This document shows, piece after piece, positions 13,529 through 27,770 of a DNA stretch of 64,000 nt; the stretch's first letter is position 1; each line of letters starts with the position of its first letter. The translations under genes and the position numbers were made by a program. The notes under the pieces are model-generated. The model saw only the letters and a program-made list of their open reading frames with translations. It made no database searches and was not told the origin of the DNA. The DNA comes from Epiperipatus broadwayi (Eukaryota; Animalia; Onychophora), in contig JAQFVV010000002.1 in the NCBI GenBank assembly GCA_028023455.1, positions 13,330,001 through 13,394,000 on the forward strand. The letters run 5' to 3'.

Positions 13529-16500
13529 TGTAACAATACTGAGAATAGGGGTTAATAAGAGAGATATGTGGTTATAACGCCCTACATTTGGTACCCATTC
13601 GTAACAGTACCCACATCAGAGCTGAATTACGAGGAGATAAGAGTCTATCATCATCCCCAAATAAACAAAATATAAAATTAAATATAAATGGAATGAGTGT
13701 GTTATAATGAATGTGAGGAGCATGTGGCATGAGAGATCAACAAAGAACTAATGTTATAAATAATTAACTATAAGTTCACCAGCATTACAGATGAATAATA
13801 ATCATTCATCATCATGAATGATCAGCAATAAAAATAAATCAAGTAAATTTTGTGACTGAATTTGAAATGGATCTACTATAGACCAGGCTAATTATTTAGC
13901 CCTTGCCAAACTTAGGTAGCAATACAACATGATAATTTGGTTACACATACTTAAAAGTGCCAATCCACCAGAATATATAACAAAAAAAAAATAATGCTGG
14001 GCTACCAAATATGCCGATCATCATCATTGTTCTGGCCAACTATAAACTTAATTTCTAAATAAGTAATTAAAGTGAAATATAGTGCATAGAATATATAGTG
14101 CATAGAATATTCCCTTTGTGCCATCTAGCATTAGAAAAATAGTAAAATTATCAATTGGATGTCCATAAATACTAAATATAAATCTTTTTTATATAACAGA
14201 TCGTTATGCACGAATACAGCTCAGTGAGCAAAAGTTCTATAACTGTTACTGTGAACAAGAGATATAATACAACATATAATAATTTATTATATTAAGATGG
14301 TATTTTTCCATCTCATATAAACGTATTATTATTCTAACTTATTGGTTTTTGTTTAATATTTTTTTTTATTATATTTGTCTTATATTTATAATTTAACCAA
14401 TTATTAAAGTATATAATGTGTGTGCCTATCTTGTATATCAATAAAAAAAATAATCTTTTTTTTCCTTATAATCAAGATTTAAGAGTTTTCTACTAATTAT
14501 TCAAGCAGAAATATATTTTAATTGTGCAAATTTGAAAAGTTTTAAATTCCTGCTTAAGTACTATTGGCTTTGGAAAAAAGAAAAGAAAAAGATGGGGAGA
14601 GGGAAATGTAAATGTTAAACCAGACTATTGTGAAATGTTAATGCAAGTATTTGTTTTTATAGTGGTATAATGTTATGAATGAGTCTTAATTGCATCTTAT
14701 TAAAGATTCAGCTGACAAATAGGAAGACAACGGCCAAAATATTTTTTTGCTGTTTTTATTGTAACATCTCTAAAAATACTACAGTAGTATGAATCTTATT
14801 TCAAAGGAAAATCAAGGAAATTACAGAAGAGAGGAGTAGAAAGAAAACTATAAATTGAAAAATGTGAAGAAAAAAAGAGGAGAGAAGAGAGGGATTGATA
14901 AACAGTAGATGCTGAAGGAGAATTGATACAGAGAAAAAAACTATAGCAATGAATCTATAATATTTTCTGGCTAGAGAAAAAAAATCAGACTTTCCTGGAA
15001 AGCTTTGCCTTTCTTGCTGAACCCGGTGTCATCACAGGAATTGATAAGCCCTGGAAGGAAAGATGCCAACCAGCTAGCCGAGGTCACAACATTATAAACC
15101 GGGACCTCTCTCATGAATAAATTCAGCGATTAGATAGTCACCAGTTAAGTGTGATGCGGAGGGTTGATGCCAATTCAGTCAACAGTAACAGCATTCCAAC
15201 GGAGTTGGTAGTTAAGGAACTGTTTCTTTAAGTCAGGGGTCCCCAACCCTATGCCCGTGGGCACCATGGCACCCGCAGACCATTTTATGTGTGCCCGCCG
15301 CTATCCGAACATGATAAAAAATTATTTATCTGATACAAATAAATTTAATTTTTAAAATTTCTTATAAATTATTGTATTATATTGGAATCAAATTGTAGGG
15401 CATATTATACTTTTACAGCATAAAAATATAAACATTAATTATATGTTAAAATTTTATTTTTGAAATAAATATTTTTTTGTACATTATGTGTATTATTAAC
15501 AATATCCAACTATAAATTTACATTGAAAAAATAAATGGTGCCCGCCACCTGGTTGAAAAAATAAATGGTGCTCTCCACCTGGCTGGTATTATAGAATGTG
15601 CTCTTAGGTGCAAAAAGGTTGGGGACCCCTGCTTTAAGTGAACGCTAGGACATTTTTTTGGGAGAATGCAATTTAGAGACTCATTTTATTCCCTATGGTA
15701 AAATATATTTGGGAAATTAACATTTCTCTCAATAGAGCTTGGCATTGGGTTATCTTATATATACATTCATAATAGTTTACAACCATATTGTATTTTATAA
15801 ATTTTGTCGTGTACATTTTGTTTTGCTCTGCGTGTGTATATATGTTCATGTAGCTGAGGGAGACAATCTTGGAAAATTAGTGTGAATAGAATAGGTAAAT
15901 AGGTCAGTAATAGAGCCAAAGAGATAATTTATTGTCGATTTAGAATCGTTAGTTCTTTCACATAACCCAAATGGTGAGAATTCGAGTTGATTCAGTGAGA
16001 TAGTGATCAGTTGTGTAATACATCTAGGCCAGTGTATTTTTATTTGGGAAGAAATCTCGGGAAGCATTTTGTATCTCTGCCGATCCATAGAAGAGCATAC
16101 TAGTATATTCCCTTGGGCAAGAATAAATATTCAAAGGTTATGTTGAGAAATGGCATATGTAAAGAGAATCTGGAGCAGAATTAAAGGAGAAAGAAAGATG
16201 AAAAGATCATCTCACTTTTCTACATAGTATACAGGTTATTAGAAAACAAAGTTTGATTTGATAAGGTTACTTATGTATATGTCTGAATTTATAAATTATA
16301 TATTAAAAATGTGCTCTATGTTAGTGAGTATTCGGGTACAATAATTAGGTACTTGAGAGTTTGTGTGACTGTGCTACATAAATAAAAAAACTGTGGTTTG
16401 GATCAGATTGCAAAAAAAGGGGGATTCATTCAAACCTAGTTCTAGGCTATCTGCTTAGTGATGCCTTGCAGCGACCATTCAGGTCTCGCAGATTAGTAAG

Positions 16501-18023
16501 CTTTGCTATACTGGTCATTATGTACCATGACAAAATTTTAGGATTAAATAAATTCATTGGAACGTCTTTAACAATGAAATATCAATTTATTAATAAAATG
16601 AAATTAAGGTCTGCTGAGTATGTTATAAATACAAATGTGGCATTTTGATTTTGATTAATACAAAAAAAAGTCATCACGTGATTTTTGTTTATATAAAATA
16701 CCTTTATATCAGCACAGACGTTTCTGTATAAAAAAAAATTACATATCAGAATTGTGATAAACTAATAATAAAATTCAATAATTCATTTTAATAATTCATA
16801 ATGTATGATTAATTCTAACATATATATGTCTACATGACACTCACCTACATAAGCAGACATACTATATAAACTAAAATTACATATCCGAATTGTGATAAAC
16901 TAATAAAATTCAATTTGTTTTTAATAATGCATAAGTGCATGCTTATGTGTGTATATATGTATGAATCAAAGTTATTAATTCATTACTTATAATAGTAAAA
17001 AAAAGTTTTTTAAAAAAGAAAATTATCATGAGATTCAGTTTGGAAAGTTTTTTAAAAAAACACCCCTTGACTTTTTGTTTCTTCATTTACAATAAGATTT
17101 TCAGAGTTTTTTTATTTTAAAATAAAATTGTTTATGAATTGATCCTTTGTTTTTAGATGTTTTACTTTTAAATTAGAGATTTTAACAATTGTCATTTTCA
17201 CTAAAGAAAGTCTGAGTTTTACTTTTAATAAAGAAAAGTGGAAATGGTCAGTTATTATTTTTTTTCATTATTCTAGTTTTAGTTGAATAATTTAGTCAAA
17301 AATTATTTATCTTTAAAACCAGGTGATAGATCTATAAGTACTTTATATACATGACACAGTACCTTTGTGCTTCTTTGCATATTGATAAAACTGCTTTTAT
17401 ATCATGGTAATCTCTTGGTAAACTGGTCTTTTCTAAACCTATAGACTGGCTTATTGTCATTTTTGGGAAAGGTACAATCCAAGTAAGTGATGGCATTCAA
17501 TCAGCTACCTTAAGTCTTATTTGATGAACTTGAAGGCAAGATCAGTCATCTAGTACACTTTATGGACTATGGAAAATAGAAAAACAGGCCCTTTACTTTC
17601 ATATGAACCCGAACTCTACCATTGTGACATTAGTAGCAGCAGCTGATTCATCCTCTGCACCTTTATCTTGATTGGAAAAAATTAATGACCCTTTTCAATT
17701 CACCTTAATCCTTTCAAAAACAGTTTTGTAGGATTTTTATCAAAATACATACTGGAATTTTATAATTATCAGTATATCTAAAACATGCTTGTTTTAATTT
17801 CAAAATCAGAATTAATAAAATATTAATTAGATCTTTTTAAAATATAATAATTTTTTTTAAATTCAAAATTATTTAATTCTTAACTGTTATTCTAGTGTAA
17901 TATAGAAAATATCTAGAATAATTTTTTGTCTGTGTTTATTTCTCCTTTTCCTTTCTACTTTATATATATATATCCACACACACTACTATGTTGTTGTATA
18001 CCATGAGACACATAACCATCTCA
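13529..18023. mobile_element. Unclassified TG...CA insertion block splitting the RTE LINE
   Basis: Begins TGTAACA, ends ATCTCA, flanked by CTAT (13525-13528 and 18024-18027); the LINE frame resumes immediately after it. Confidence 0.4.
15234..15631. mobile_element. hAT (Charlie-like) MITE, 398 bp
   Basis: Perfect 15-bp TIR CAGGGGTCCCCAACC; perfect 8-bp TSD CTTTAAGT (15226-15233 and 15632-15639). Confidence 0.93.
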
Positions 18024-19030
18024 CTATATATATATCAAATGTCTAAATGATAAGTATGTACCAGATGATCGAAAGAATAGAATAATAATATATTTTAAAA
18101 AAGATGATAATAAATAAGATATTAGAAATTACAAACCTATCAGTTTTATACAAAAATTTTACCAGAATAAATAAAATTTCTCCATGGAAATTTTGGATTT
18201 TAACCAATCAAAAGAACAAGCTGGATTTAGAACTGGTTTTAGTACTATGAAATCATGTTCAAGTATTGAGAAAAGTTGTTTAAAAAATCAGTGAATATGA
18301 ATTGCCATTATGTTTTGGATTGTAGATTTGATTCTTTAAAATGTCCAAAGTAATTAAAGTTTTGGATCATCAAGATATAGATTTGGAATATCAAAGTTCA
18401 ACAGCAGTAATTAGGATTTCATAATAGTATTAAGAAAATTATCATCGACAAGATTATATGACAAAATGATTTAATACCTACAAAACTTTTTTATAGCATT
18501 TTTTGGAGAAATTTTTTTCTGAATTTAAAATATGAAGCCTTTTAGTAAAAAAGTACATAAAGATGATTTAATTATGTGATTGGTTTTGCAAATAATGCTT
18601 CAGAACTTTGAGAAATATTGCAAGAGTTATCAGATGAAAGTAAGAAAATGTAACTAAAGATAAATGCTAAAATAATGTTAATGAATTTTCTCAGAAGAAA
18701 AAAGTAAAGTTTGATTATTACGAATTAGAAATTAACAATTATAAATACATTGATTAGATTATTAATATAGATGGAAATGTAATGGATGAAATTAATCATA
18801 GGAAAGTCTTTAATATATATGTTCACCAATTCTTACTTATGAATCTGAGATTTGGATGTTTAATAGAAGAGCAATGCAGAAAATTCAGACCATTCAATGA
18901 AGTATGGAGAGATGTATATTAGGAGTAACAAGAAATCATCAAAAACTAATATGTGAGAGAACAAATAGGTATCACTAACATCATGGAAGGAATTTGAATT
19001 GTTAAATTAGAAATCAGATGATTTAGGTAC
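18024..19030 (+). mobile_element. RTE-clade LINE, 3' part (reverse transcriptase), decayed
   Basis: KCLNDKYVPDD, DIRNYKPIS and EQAGFRTGFST motifs with many stops and frameshifts. Confidence 0.8.
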
Positions 19031-19256
19031 TTAGTCATGATGTTCAATATTAACTATGTGTTTTGACTGAAAATTTAACACATATTGTACAACTCTTGGG
19101 CTGCTTAATTATATAGTATAAGTAATTTGTTAAATTTTTATATTTTGCTTAGTGTTTTATACATACATAGGCTAAATAAATTTTTAAAATAATAGTTAAA
19201 TGCCTTACAAAATAATTTTTGGACACATATCATAATATCAATTTATTTATTTTTAG

Positions 19257-19348
19257 TCTAAACAAAGAACATGTCAGAAATTTATATTATGGAAAGAGGA
19301 AACCAGATTTTTTTTGCAATTCTAAAAATAATGTCATTACAAACATTG
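19257..19348 (+). CDS. NFU1: NFU1 exon 2 (targeting peptide)
   Basis: Acceptor ATTTATTTATTTTTAG and donor GTAAGA; open frame (F)LNKEHVRNLYYGKRKPDFFCNSKNNVITNI(V); phases 2/1 join exon 1 to exon 3 exactly. Confidence 0.75.
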
Positions 19349-20142
19349 GTAAGAATTTTGATTTTCTTCTATATTTCATTATTTTTAAGCTATAAATTGT
19401 CTTTATACACATTATAAAGATTAATATCTGCATGACTGATGACAATCTGTTTGAAATATATATACACAATTGCACATAACTATAGTATATTTTTTTATAT
19501 ATATTTATTAACTTTATTCTTATAGATATTAATATATATATAGATATAAATTAGATATTTTTAGAAATTGCTAAAAAGAAAATTGATTCATTTATATTTT
19601 TTATGTATATGATTGAAAACATTTTTATAAATGGGATTTCTGAACTTAGTTTATTAATTTTTAAAATATTAATAAGATTATTTTTGTGTTTATAAAATCA
19701 TCTTTAAAGGATTGGAATGTTTACTTCGTGTACTATAAGATTAATTTTTTAAATAATTGATTGTCTGACTGGTTTTTTTTTTATACTTAATAATTATAAT
19801 AAAATAGTATTAAAATAATAAGAGACTTTTCCTCTTAGATGGCTGATGTGATATGATCTAGGAAAAAGAGATATTGAAAAATCATGAATATCATTGGCCA
19901 AAAATAAGTAGTCAGATGTTAATAATCTCCAATACGTGTAATATTAGATAATAATGGTGCTTCAATAAAAGATATATTTTTGTGGTAGAAGTGAGAAATT
20001 GAACGTATGTTTACTTCATTTGACACTGATAATCATATTTTGGAAAACAGAAAAAAAAAATTCATTTTTTATTATGTATAATTTGCTATTATAATTATTG
20101 AATTTTTTATTTTAATAATTTTGTTACTTCATAATTTAAATA

Positions 20143-20330
20143 CAGTGGGGGAATATGTATTAGTTTAGAAACAAGTTTTGAAATAGAAATACGCTAAGAG
20201 ATTAATACCTCATTAAGACTAAAGTTGTCCGTATTATTTAAAGAATCAAATCATTAAAGATGAAATTCAACATTGCCTTTACTAAGTGAAAAGTCTGCAA
20301 CTAATTTCTAACAAGATAAAGCTTTCATTG
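20143..20330 (+). mobile_element. Possible Tc1/mariner left end
   Basis: TA|CAGTGGGGGAATATGTATTAG resembles a Tc1 TIR start; no partner TIR found. Confidence 0.3.
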
Positions 20331-23140
20331 TCTCTCAGTAATATTTTATAGATTGAAATGTTTTCTACATTCTATTATCAGACATGCACAGAATTCTAGC
20401 GGATAACACCTACAGGATTCTCTCAATGCATGACAGTGCAGTTAAATGAAAGAATATAGTAAATATTAACTAATTATGTGTACTTCAAAATGTCTTTAGA
20501 GATATTTATTATCATGACATATTATTTATTGCCTGCATAACACACTTTTATTCACAATATTATCTACTATAATCAGATTCTATTTTTTTTTTAAAATTTG
20601 TGTAACAGTTAAGAAGATGTCTGCTTTGCTATATGTTATATTTATAATGTTTTGTGTATCTTATTATTATCATCATTTCTTTTATAGTTGGGGTTAATTT
20701 CTTTATTTAACAGTATATATAAAGGCTTAAATATCCATCACACTCTAATGGATTTGAAATTCAGTTATAGTTAGTAGGAAACTTTACACCCAGCAGTAAT
20801 ATCATAATTATAAAACTAATTATAGTCTTCTATAATTTTATTCAGCTATAAACTGCAAGAATCTATATCTGACAAAAAAAAATGGAGTGACTTAATTCAT
20901 TTCCACATCATCCCAAAAGTATTTTTTTATTATTGATAATAATTATAAGAATGCTTCAATTTTTACAAAGCATAATTTGGGATTTTAAAAAAAATTAAGA
21001 ATTCTACTAATTACTTTTTGTAATTTTTTTCTTATGAATAAGATAAATAATTATAAAGAGAAATTATTGAGAGTTTTTTGTTTTTTTTTTAGATCAATAT
21101 TCAATCTTTTTGCTTTTTTTTTTTTTGCAATTTTTTTTTTATGATATTATTTTGATATAAAATGTATGTGTGTATATATGTTTGTGAGTTCTATATATAA
21201 TAATTTGTTTATCACAGCTCTGATGAAGATAGTTGGTCATCAAAATTGGAAGAAGCAACAATATTAATAAAAGGCATAATAAAAAATAAAAAAAGTGCCA
21301 AAAAAAAAAAAAGTACAATATTTTCATAATTACTAGAATTAGTCCTAACTTTTTGATTATAAGATATGTTTCACAAAATTAAGACATGCTTAAAATTTAT
21401 TAACAATATTAAATCAGATTTCTGGATGATGCAGAAATGGATTAAATTATTCATTTTTCTTTTTCAGATGGAAATGCTTGTAATTTATAGATAGAATGCA
21501 GAAGTATGCTTGTATTTATCACAGTTTATAATTATTATAATTTAAAATTTAGAGTAAAATGCATAATTTAAAATTGCAAATATACTGACAGTTATGGAAA
21601 AACATCTTATTTTCTTATAATAAATAATATGATTAATATTTTTTTTATATATATATATATTTTACATATTAATTTTACTCATTTTTGAAGAATTGCTGTG
21701 GGTTTTTTTTAAATGTTCACATTAGCAAAATGCAAGCAATAATTTTATTTAATAATATTAATAGATGAATGTAAAATAGCTTCTCTTTAGATGAAATCAC
21801 AAGATTCTGAATATAGAAAGTCATTTGTTTAGAAATCATATTAACCAAATTAAAGATAATTTTTCTTATATTACTATAAACTCATCTGTTGTTTTTTTCC
21901 CATTCATTATTCCTAATCTATTATTAGCAAATCTATATATCAACACTAACATGTTCCTTTATTGTTTTCCTATTCTATTTTAATAAAAGCAGTTCATTAG
22001 TTGCCTTGATTTTTTTTATCATATTCCTCATTTTCATTGTAAAAGCCTAAACAAAAAACCTCTATCTCTTTTGCAATTCTCATTTTTTCTTGATTTTTTA
22101 TACATTTTATCCTAGTCATCTCACATCTTCACAAACTCCCCTCCAATATTATTATATATTTTTTCATTCTTTATTTTTATATGACTAAACTTTTTTCTAT
22201 TTATTTTCTGTAATTTCACTTCTTTTTTTTTCTAATTCATTTATATGCCCACCTTTCTTATCCTTCATCATTATGGAACTTTAATATATTATTTACATAT
22301 CTAAGCTTAATTTATATATAAACACATAAATACAAATTTTCTATCTACTAATTTTATATAATGTAAAATCTTTTCAGCCAGCATGTTCATTACTCTTTTC
22401 AGTTAAACCAATTAAACACTTATTTTTTTTTATTCATATACTGTAGTCTTCCAAAGATTTTTAAATAGCTTTTAATATCTCTAATTTAAAAAAGTTCTAA
22501 TTCATTTTTCTTTTCACCATTTAGGAAAGTCTATTAAAAATATTTTTTTTAGTCTTCTGGCCAATAAAAAGTATTTCCAAATATTAAAACAGGTTTTATC
22601 ACTTATTTTTAAATTATTATGTGAACCTAACAATAGCTATTCAAAACTTTACATAACATCGATAATATTTCAGAATATTATAGTTCTCTAAAAGATATTT
22701 TTTTTGGCCGGTTAGAAATTATAATTAATTCCTATATAATTTTATCATTAATAATGAATTTTTCCAAATGGTTTTAACCAGTGATTTAATTGTGAATTTA
22801 TATACTTGATTAATTTTATATATAATGTTTAGTAAGATTTAACTATTAATCTTATAATATACTAATTAAATTAATTAATATTATCATGTTTATATATTTA
22901 ATTATCTTCATATATATTTTACTCTTTTTTTTTTAACTTTAAAATAAAATTGATATTAGTATACAATTATTATTTGTCTTTTGATGATTGATAGGTGTCC
23001 AATTACCATCCATGACTGATTTTTATTGTAAATGGGTTTTTTTTAACATATAATTACAGAAACAATATTATTATAGTATAGTGATATTTTTTATTATCAT
23101 ATTTAGAATAGTAATAAAATTATTTCGTGTGTATCAATAG

Positions 23141-23276
23141 TTAGAGGTATGTTTATACAAACTCAAGATACTCCCAATCCCAACAGCTTGAAGTTTTTAC
23201 CAGGGTGTCAAGTCCTAGAGGTTGGAACTAAAGATTTTCCCTCTCCAAGTACAGCTTATTGTTCACCTTTAGCTAA
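23141..23276 (+). CDS. NFU1: NFU1 exon 3 (Nfu_N domain)
   Basis: (V)[44 protein letters not shown](K); AG/GTAAGC boundaries. Confidence 0.97.
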
Positions 23277-24439
23277 GTAAGCATTTATTTTTTTTAATTT
23301 TTTTTTTTAGAAATTCTTTGAAATTGTGAACCAGTGAAAAAATAAAAAGGAATTTTTTGTGAAAAATAATATAAAAATATTATCATTGTCACTTGATAAT
23401 ACTTTAATCAAAACATGCAATTATTCATTTTAACAAATATTAACATATATTAAACTTTTATAATAACTCACAATATTAACTGACTTGCTTGATTTATTTA
23501 TATAGCCAAAAAATAGAAGGGGCCTACAATTGGCATAAAATTGAAATCACTAAAATATATAGAAATTGATCTGCTATAATGCAAACGAATTGGTTTGGAT
23601 TCAAAAACCATAAGATTTTTAATTTCAAACTATTAGTTTGAATAATATAAAGGAGTAAAATTCTGCTGGTAGATGTGAAAATATATTTGTTGTAGCTTTG
23701 AAATTTAAGTTTTCATTAACAAAGGCAAAAAACAGAAAATGGTTTGAGGATGTGTGAACATTATAGCACTTAGTGGTAAAGTAAAAGTTGAGTGAATTTC
23801 TCATGATAAATTTTTTATCTGAATATAGATTGAATTATGTAGATAATTGGTCACCTGGTAAGCAGAATTTAATAATAGAGTTAATTCTATTCATGATAAT
23901 ACTAAGTTTGTCAACTATACTAGTTTATTGAAGAACTTCAATTATCATTCTTTTCAGTTACATTGTGAGAATGCCCAATTAGTTGCTCACAGCACTGAAC
24001 TAAGACAATGGTTCTTTATCAAAGAAAACAATTTTTTTATATCCCACATAGAATTAATTATATGCTATGCAGTCAAGCCTTATTTAAATATTCATTGAAA
24101 ATTTTGAGTGCTTATTTTATTGTTATCGAAATTAGCTATAATTCATCAAAAAATGTAATATATATATATAATATTTTCAATAATAACTAAAATCCACTCT
24201 ATATTCTGTTACTCTAGAGCCATTTATGTAAGCATGAATAATCAAGATCCCAGGTAGTAGTATTAATCAAGTCCTTAGGTTAGTGTCTGACAGCAAAAAA
24301 AACTGGATTATTCATATCTGTCGAGCAGTTCCTTCTTACCATTTCTGTGATTCAAATTTCAAATCACCCTAAGTTATTTGTAAAGCTGTATAGTTTTGAT
24401 ATGCATCTTTTATGATGATATTACTTATTAAGGTTTATA

Positions 24440-26335
24440 ATATAAATCTAAAATTGAAATGCTATTGGCCAATGCCTTAACCAAGTGAGCTTTTTTGCCA
24501 AAGACAACAGTCATTAAAAATTTCATATACTTATCTATGAGGGTCCTCCTAATATCTTCACTTTTTTTCTGGGAACAAGATTAATTAGTGGTTTCCAGAC
24601 ATTATGCATTATCACACTAGTTTTATTTATGGGATTACTTCCATAGTCATGTGAGCAACGTATCTGAATTTCCTTCTTTGTACTTTTTTCTCTCTATCCA
24701 TTATTTTTGTATTTTTCCAATTGAACATATATTTATTGGTACATAGATGGTCTGCTGCTTTAAAGAAGTCTGTTTTCTTATTTCTAATCATCAGTTGGTA
24801 CTTTTTCATTGGGGTGACTAGTCTTGCCAATATACATCCTTCTACATTCATGTGATATTTCATAGATGCAGTTTTTATTTTCCAGAATTTCAAATTTTTA
24901 GGTTTTATAAATGTTAGAATTCCTTTTAGTGTGATATTGCTTTGGAAAGTGTTCTGATGTTATATTGACTGCAGATTTTTTTTTTGTAGTTTGTCTGCTA
25001 TTCCTGATATATATGGATACATTACAATACCAATATATATATATATTTGATGTTTCTTTTTGTTGTCTACTTAAAGTTTTCTTAATGATAACTTTTCATG
25101 GAGAATTAGTTCTATGTAGATGGTTTCAAGTTTTTCCATCTAAATATTGCTAATCAGAGATCACAGTGATGAGTTCATAGCCAATCTTCGATTTTGTTGG
25201 AAAAATTCCATATTGTATTGAAAATATAATGGTGTTATGCAAAATATTAATAGTTTCATTATACTATCAATAGAGTTGTTCTAGTTTGTAAACTTATAGC
25301 ATTTAAGCTTTTCCTTATAGTAAACAGTGCTTCATCTCAGGATAAATTTGTGAATAAACTTTTCACATCAAAGCTTAACAATATGCCTGTATTGTCACTT
25401 TTCATGTCCTTGCTTAATTCTACAAAATGTTCCGAATCCCTGACAAAGTTCTGTGTCTGGTATTTTAGAGCTAACAATAGGCCTTACTGGAATATGGTCT
25501 TTATGGATTTAGATAGACCATAAAGACGAGGAATTTAGCTGAATTTATGATGTCAATTTACTTTTTTCTGAGTCAGTAAGTACTTGCAATGTTTTCTGAG
25601 TAATACTAGTAACTTTGCTTCTGTATTCGTATCAGATTTTTTTGCTGCTTTTTTGTATTGACCTGCTGTAAGGAGCTCTTGTATTTTGTTATTATTATCA
25701 GCTGTAGCATTGCCTTTGTCAAAATAAATAATTATGGATTTGGCTAATTTGAGAGATTCCTCTCATAGGAAATGTTTGTTTTCAGTTTTGGTATCTCTGA
25801 AGTATTTTTTTTATTCTCCAGCATAAAATTCTACTGCTTTTTCTAGGTGATGTTAAGTTTAATTCTTTTTCCAAAACACAAATTTCAGCATCTGATAGTT
25901 GGTAGTTTGGTTGGTACAGTATGATTTTTGATATGTCCATGTAATTTTATAAGTTTTTGTCTTTTGACATTCTTTTATTCTGTCATGTAATTAAGAATAT
26001 GATCTTATTACTGTTCAGAAAACTGCTGCGCTCTTCTTTAATAAATTATTTTTTAGAAAACATTCTACCATTGTAACACAAGGTTTGATACTTGGAAAAT
26101 CTTTCAAATTTTATTCTTTCTCTTAACAAGGCCTCACTTGCTCTCTGGGTAATTTTTTCAGCTCTCTGGGAGTGAAATGGAGGTTTTAGTTGCAAATTCT
26201 TAGAAGCAATCCCTTCATATTTACATATCTACTTTGGCTAATTTTAGATATAGTTTTTCACAATGTCTAAAATTTGATGTAGTATCAAATCCATGGCAAA
26301 TACTTAGTGTTTATCTGAAGATTTATGATGATAGC
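24440..26335 (-). mobile_element. Penelope-like element (family A), internally deleted and decayed
   Basis: Minus strand: N-terminal QLKPPFHSQRAEK, RT motifs IPRLYGL..H....RPIVSS and SFDVKSLFTNL, GIY-YIG remnant (track ORF 24627-24893), then pLTR-like 3' sequence. Confidence 0.85.
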
Positions 26336-26364
26336 TGGAAACCAATAATATACCTTATTTTTAA

Positions 26365-27770
26365 AAAGCAGGAGAATTCTCATAGGTAAGTATATAAAAT
26401 TTCTACTGACTGCTGCTTTTGGCAATAACTGTATTCCTGAAGAAGAAGAAGAATATTTGAAACTCTGGGTTATACGCTAATGCTCGTGCTAAGACTAAGA
26501 GTTGAATCTATTTAGAAAGTTTAAATAAAGTGAAATTTTTTAGGGACATTCAAGATTTAATAGTAGATGATGGAAACAGTCCATTATATAATTAACTACT
26601 AAAATGTTGTCATCATAAACCTTCAGACAAATACTAAGTATTCAATATGGATCGATACTATGCCAAACTTTAGACATTATGAAAAATTATATTTAAAACT
26701 GGCCGAAGTAGAAAATCATTTAATTTTCTCATGAAAATGTAAATATGAAGGGATTGTTTCTAAGGTTTTGCAACTAAAACCTCCAATTCATTCCCAAAGA
26801 GCTGAGAAAATTAAGAGAAAGAACAAATATTTTCCATTGCTAATGTAGAATGTTTTTCTGAAAAAATATGCTTACTAATGAAGTCTTTATAAGAGTTTCT
26901 CAGTCAGTAAGAAGATCATATTCTAAATTTATATAGCAAAATGAAAGAATGTCAAAAGAAAAAAACTTGTAAATTTACATATCAAAAGTCATACTGTACC
27001 AAACAACCTATTATCTTCATCAGTTAAAAATATTAGTTCTAAACTGCTGAAATTTCTGTTCTGAAAAAAGAATTAAATATTACCATCACATCATCTAATA
27101 TCCCTTTATTAGATATAATGGCAACCATTGAAGAAGCAACTCAAAAATTGTCTTTAGAAGAAGCATCATAATTATTCTGAAGAATAAAAACAATACTTGA
27201 TAGCCACCAAAAATTGATATCAAACATTTCCTATATAATATGAGAAAAGCTATTAAATCTCTCAAAAGTAGATAAATCTCTAGTTATTCTCTCTGCCGAC
27301 AAAGGCATTGCTACAATTATAATGAATACAATTGAGGATGATAACAAAATATAGAGCTCTTCAAGCAAGCTAATACAAAAAAATGACAAAAAATTTTGAT
27401 ACTGAATACAGAAAGAGAGTTACAAGCATTACATGTACTTCACTATTTCAGAAGAAAGTAAATTAACATTGTATTTCAACAAAAGTCCTCATACATTCTA
27501 ACTAAAATTTATAAAAATTATGTTTCATTAAGATGTATTGTTAGTTCTAGAAATTCACCTTGCCAAAATTTGTCAAGATTTCTCAAAATTCTTACTAAGA
27601 CACAATCTTTTTGTCAGGAATTCTAAACAATTTGTAGAATTAATAATTAAGAACATGAAAATTGAAAGAACTGAGATATTGAAATAAAGTTTGAATTTTT
27701 CTAATGACATTTAATATTAGATGGTAGAAATAGTTCAATATATAATTACTATTATATATCAATAATAATA
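26365..27770 (+). mobile_element. Penelope-like element (family A), pLTR plus ORF 5' half
   Basis: Inverted homolog of 25600-26335 (both contain ATGTAAATATGAAGGGATTG...CAACTAAAACCTCCA); RT remnant LRCIVSSRNSP; ends in a pLTR-like segment near 27720-27770. Confidence 0.8.

Noticed and set aside
21850-22560. Pyrimidine-rich tracts (also 28560-28960) resembling antisense LINE remnants
   Set aside because: No diagnostic motif could be read.
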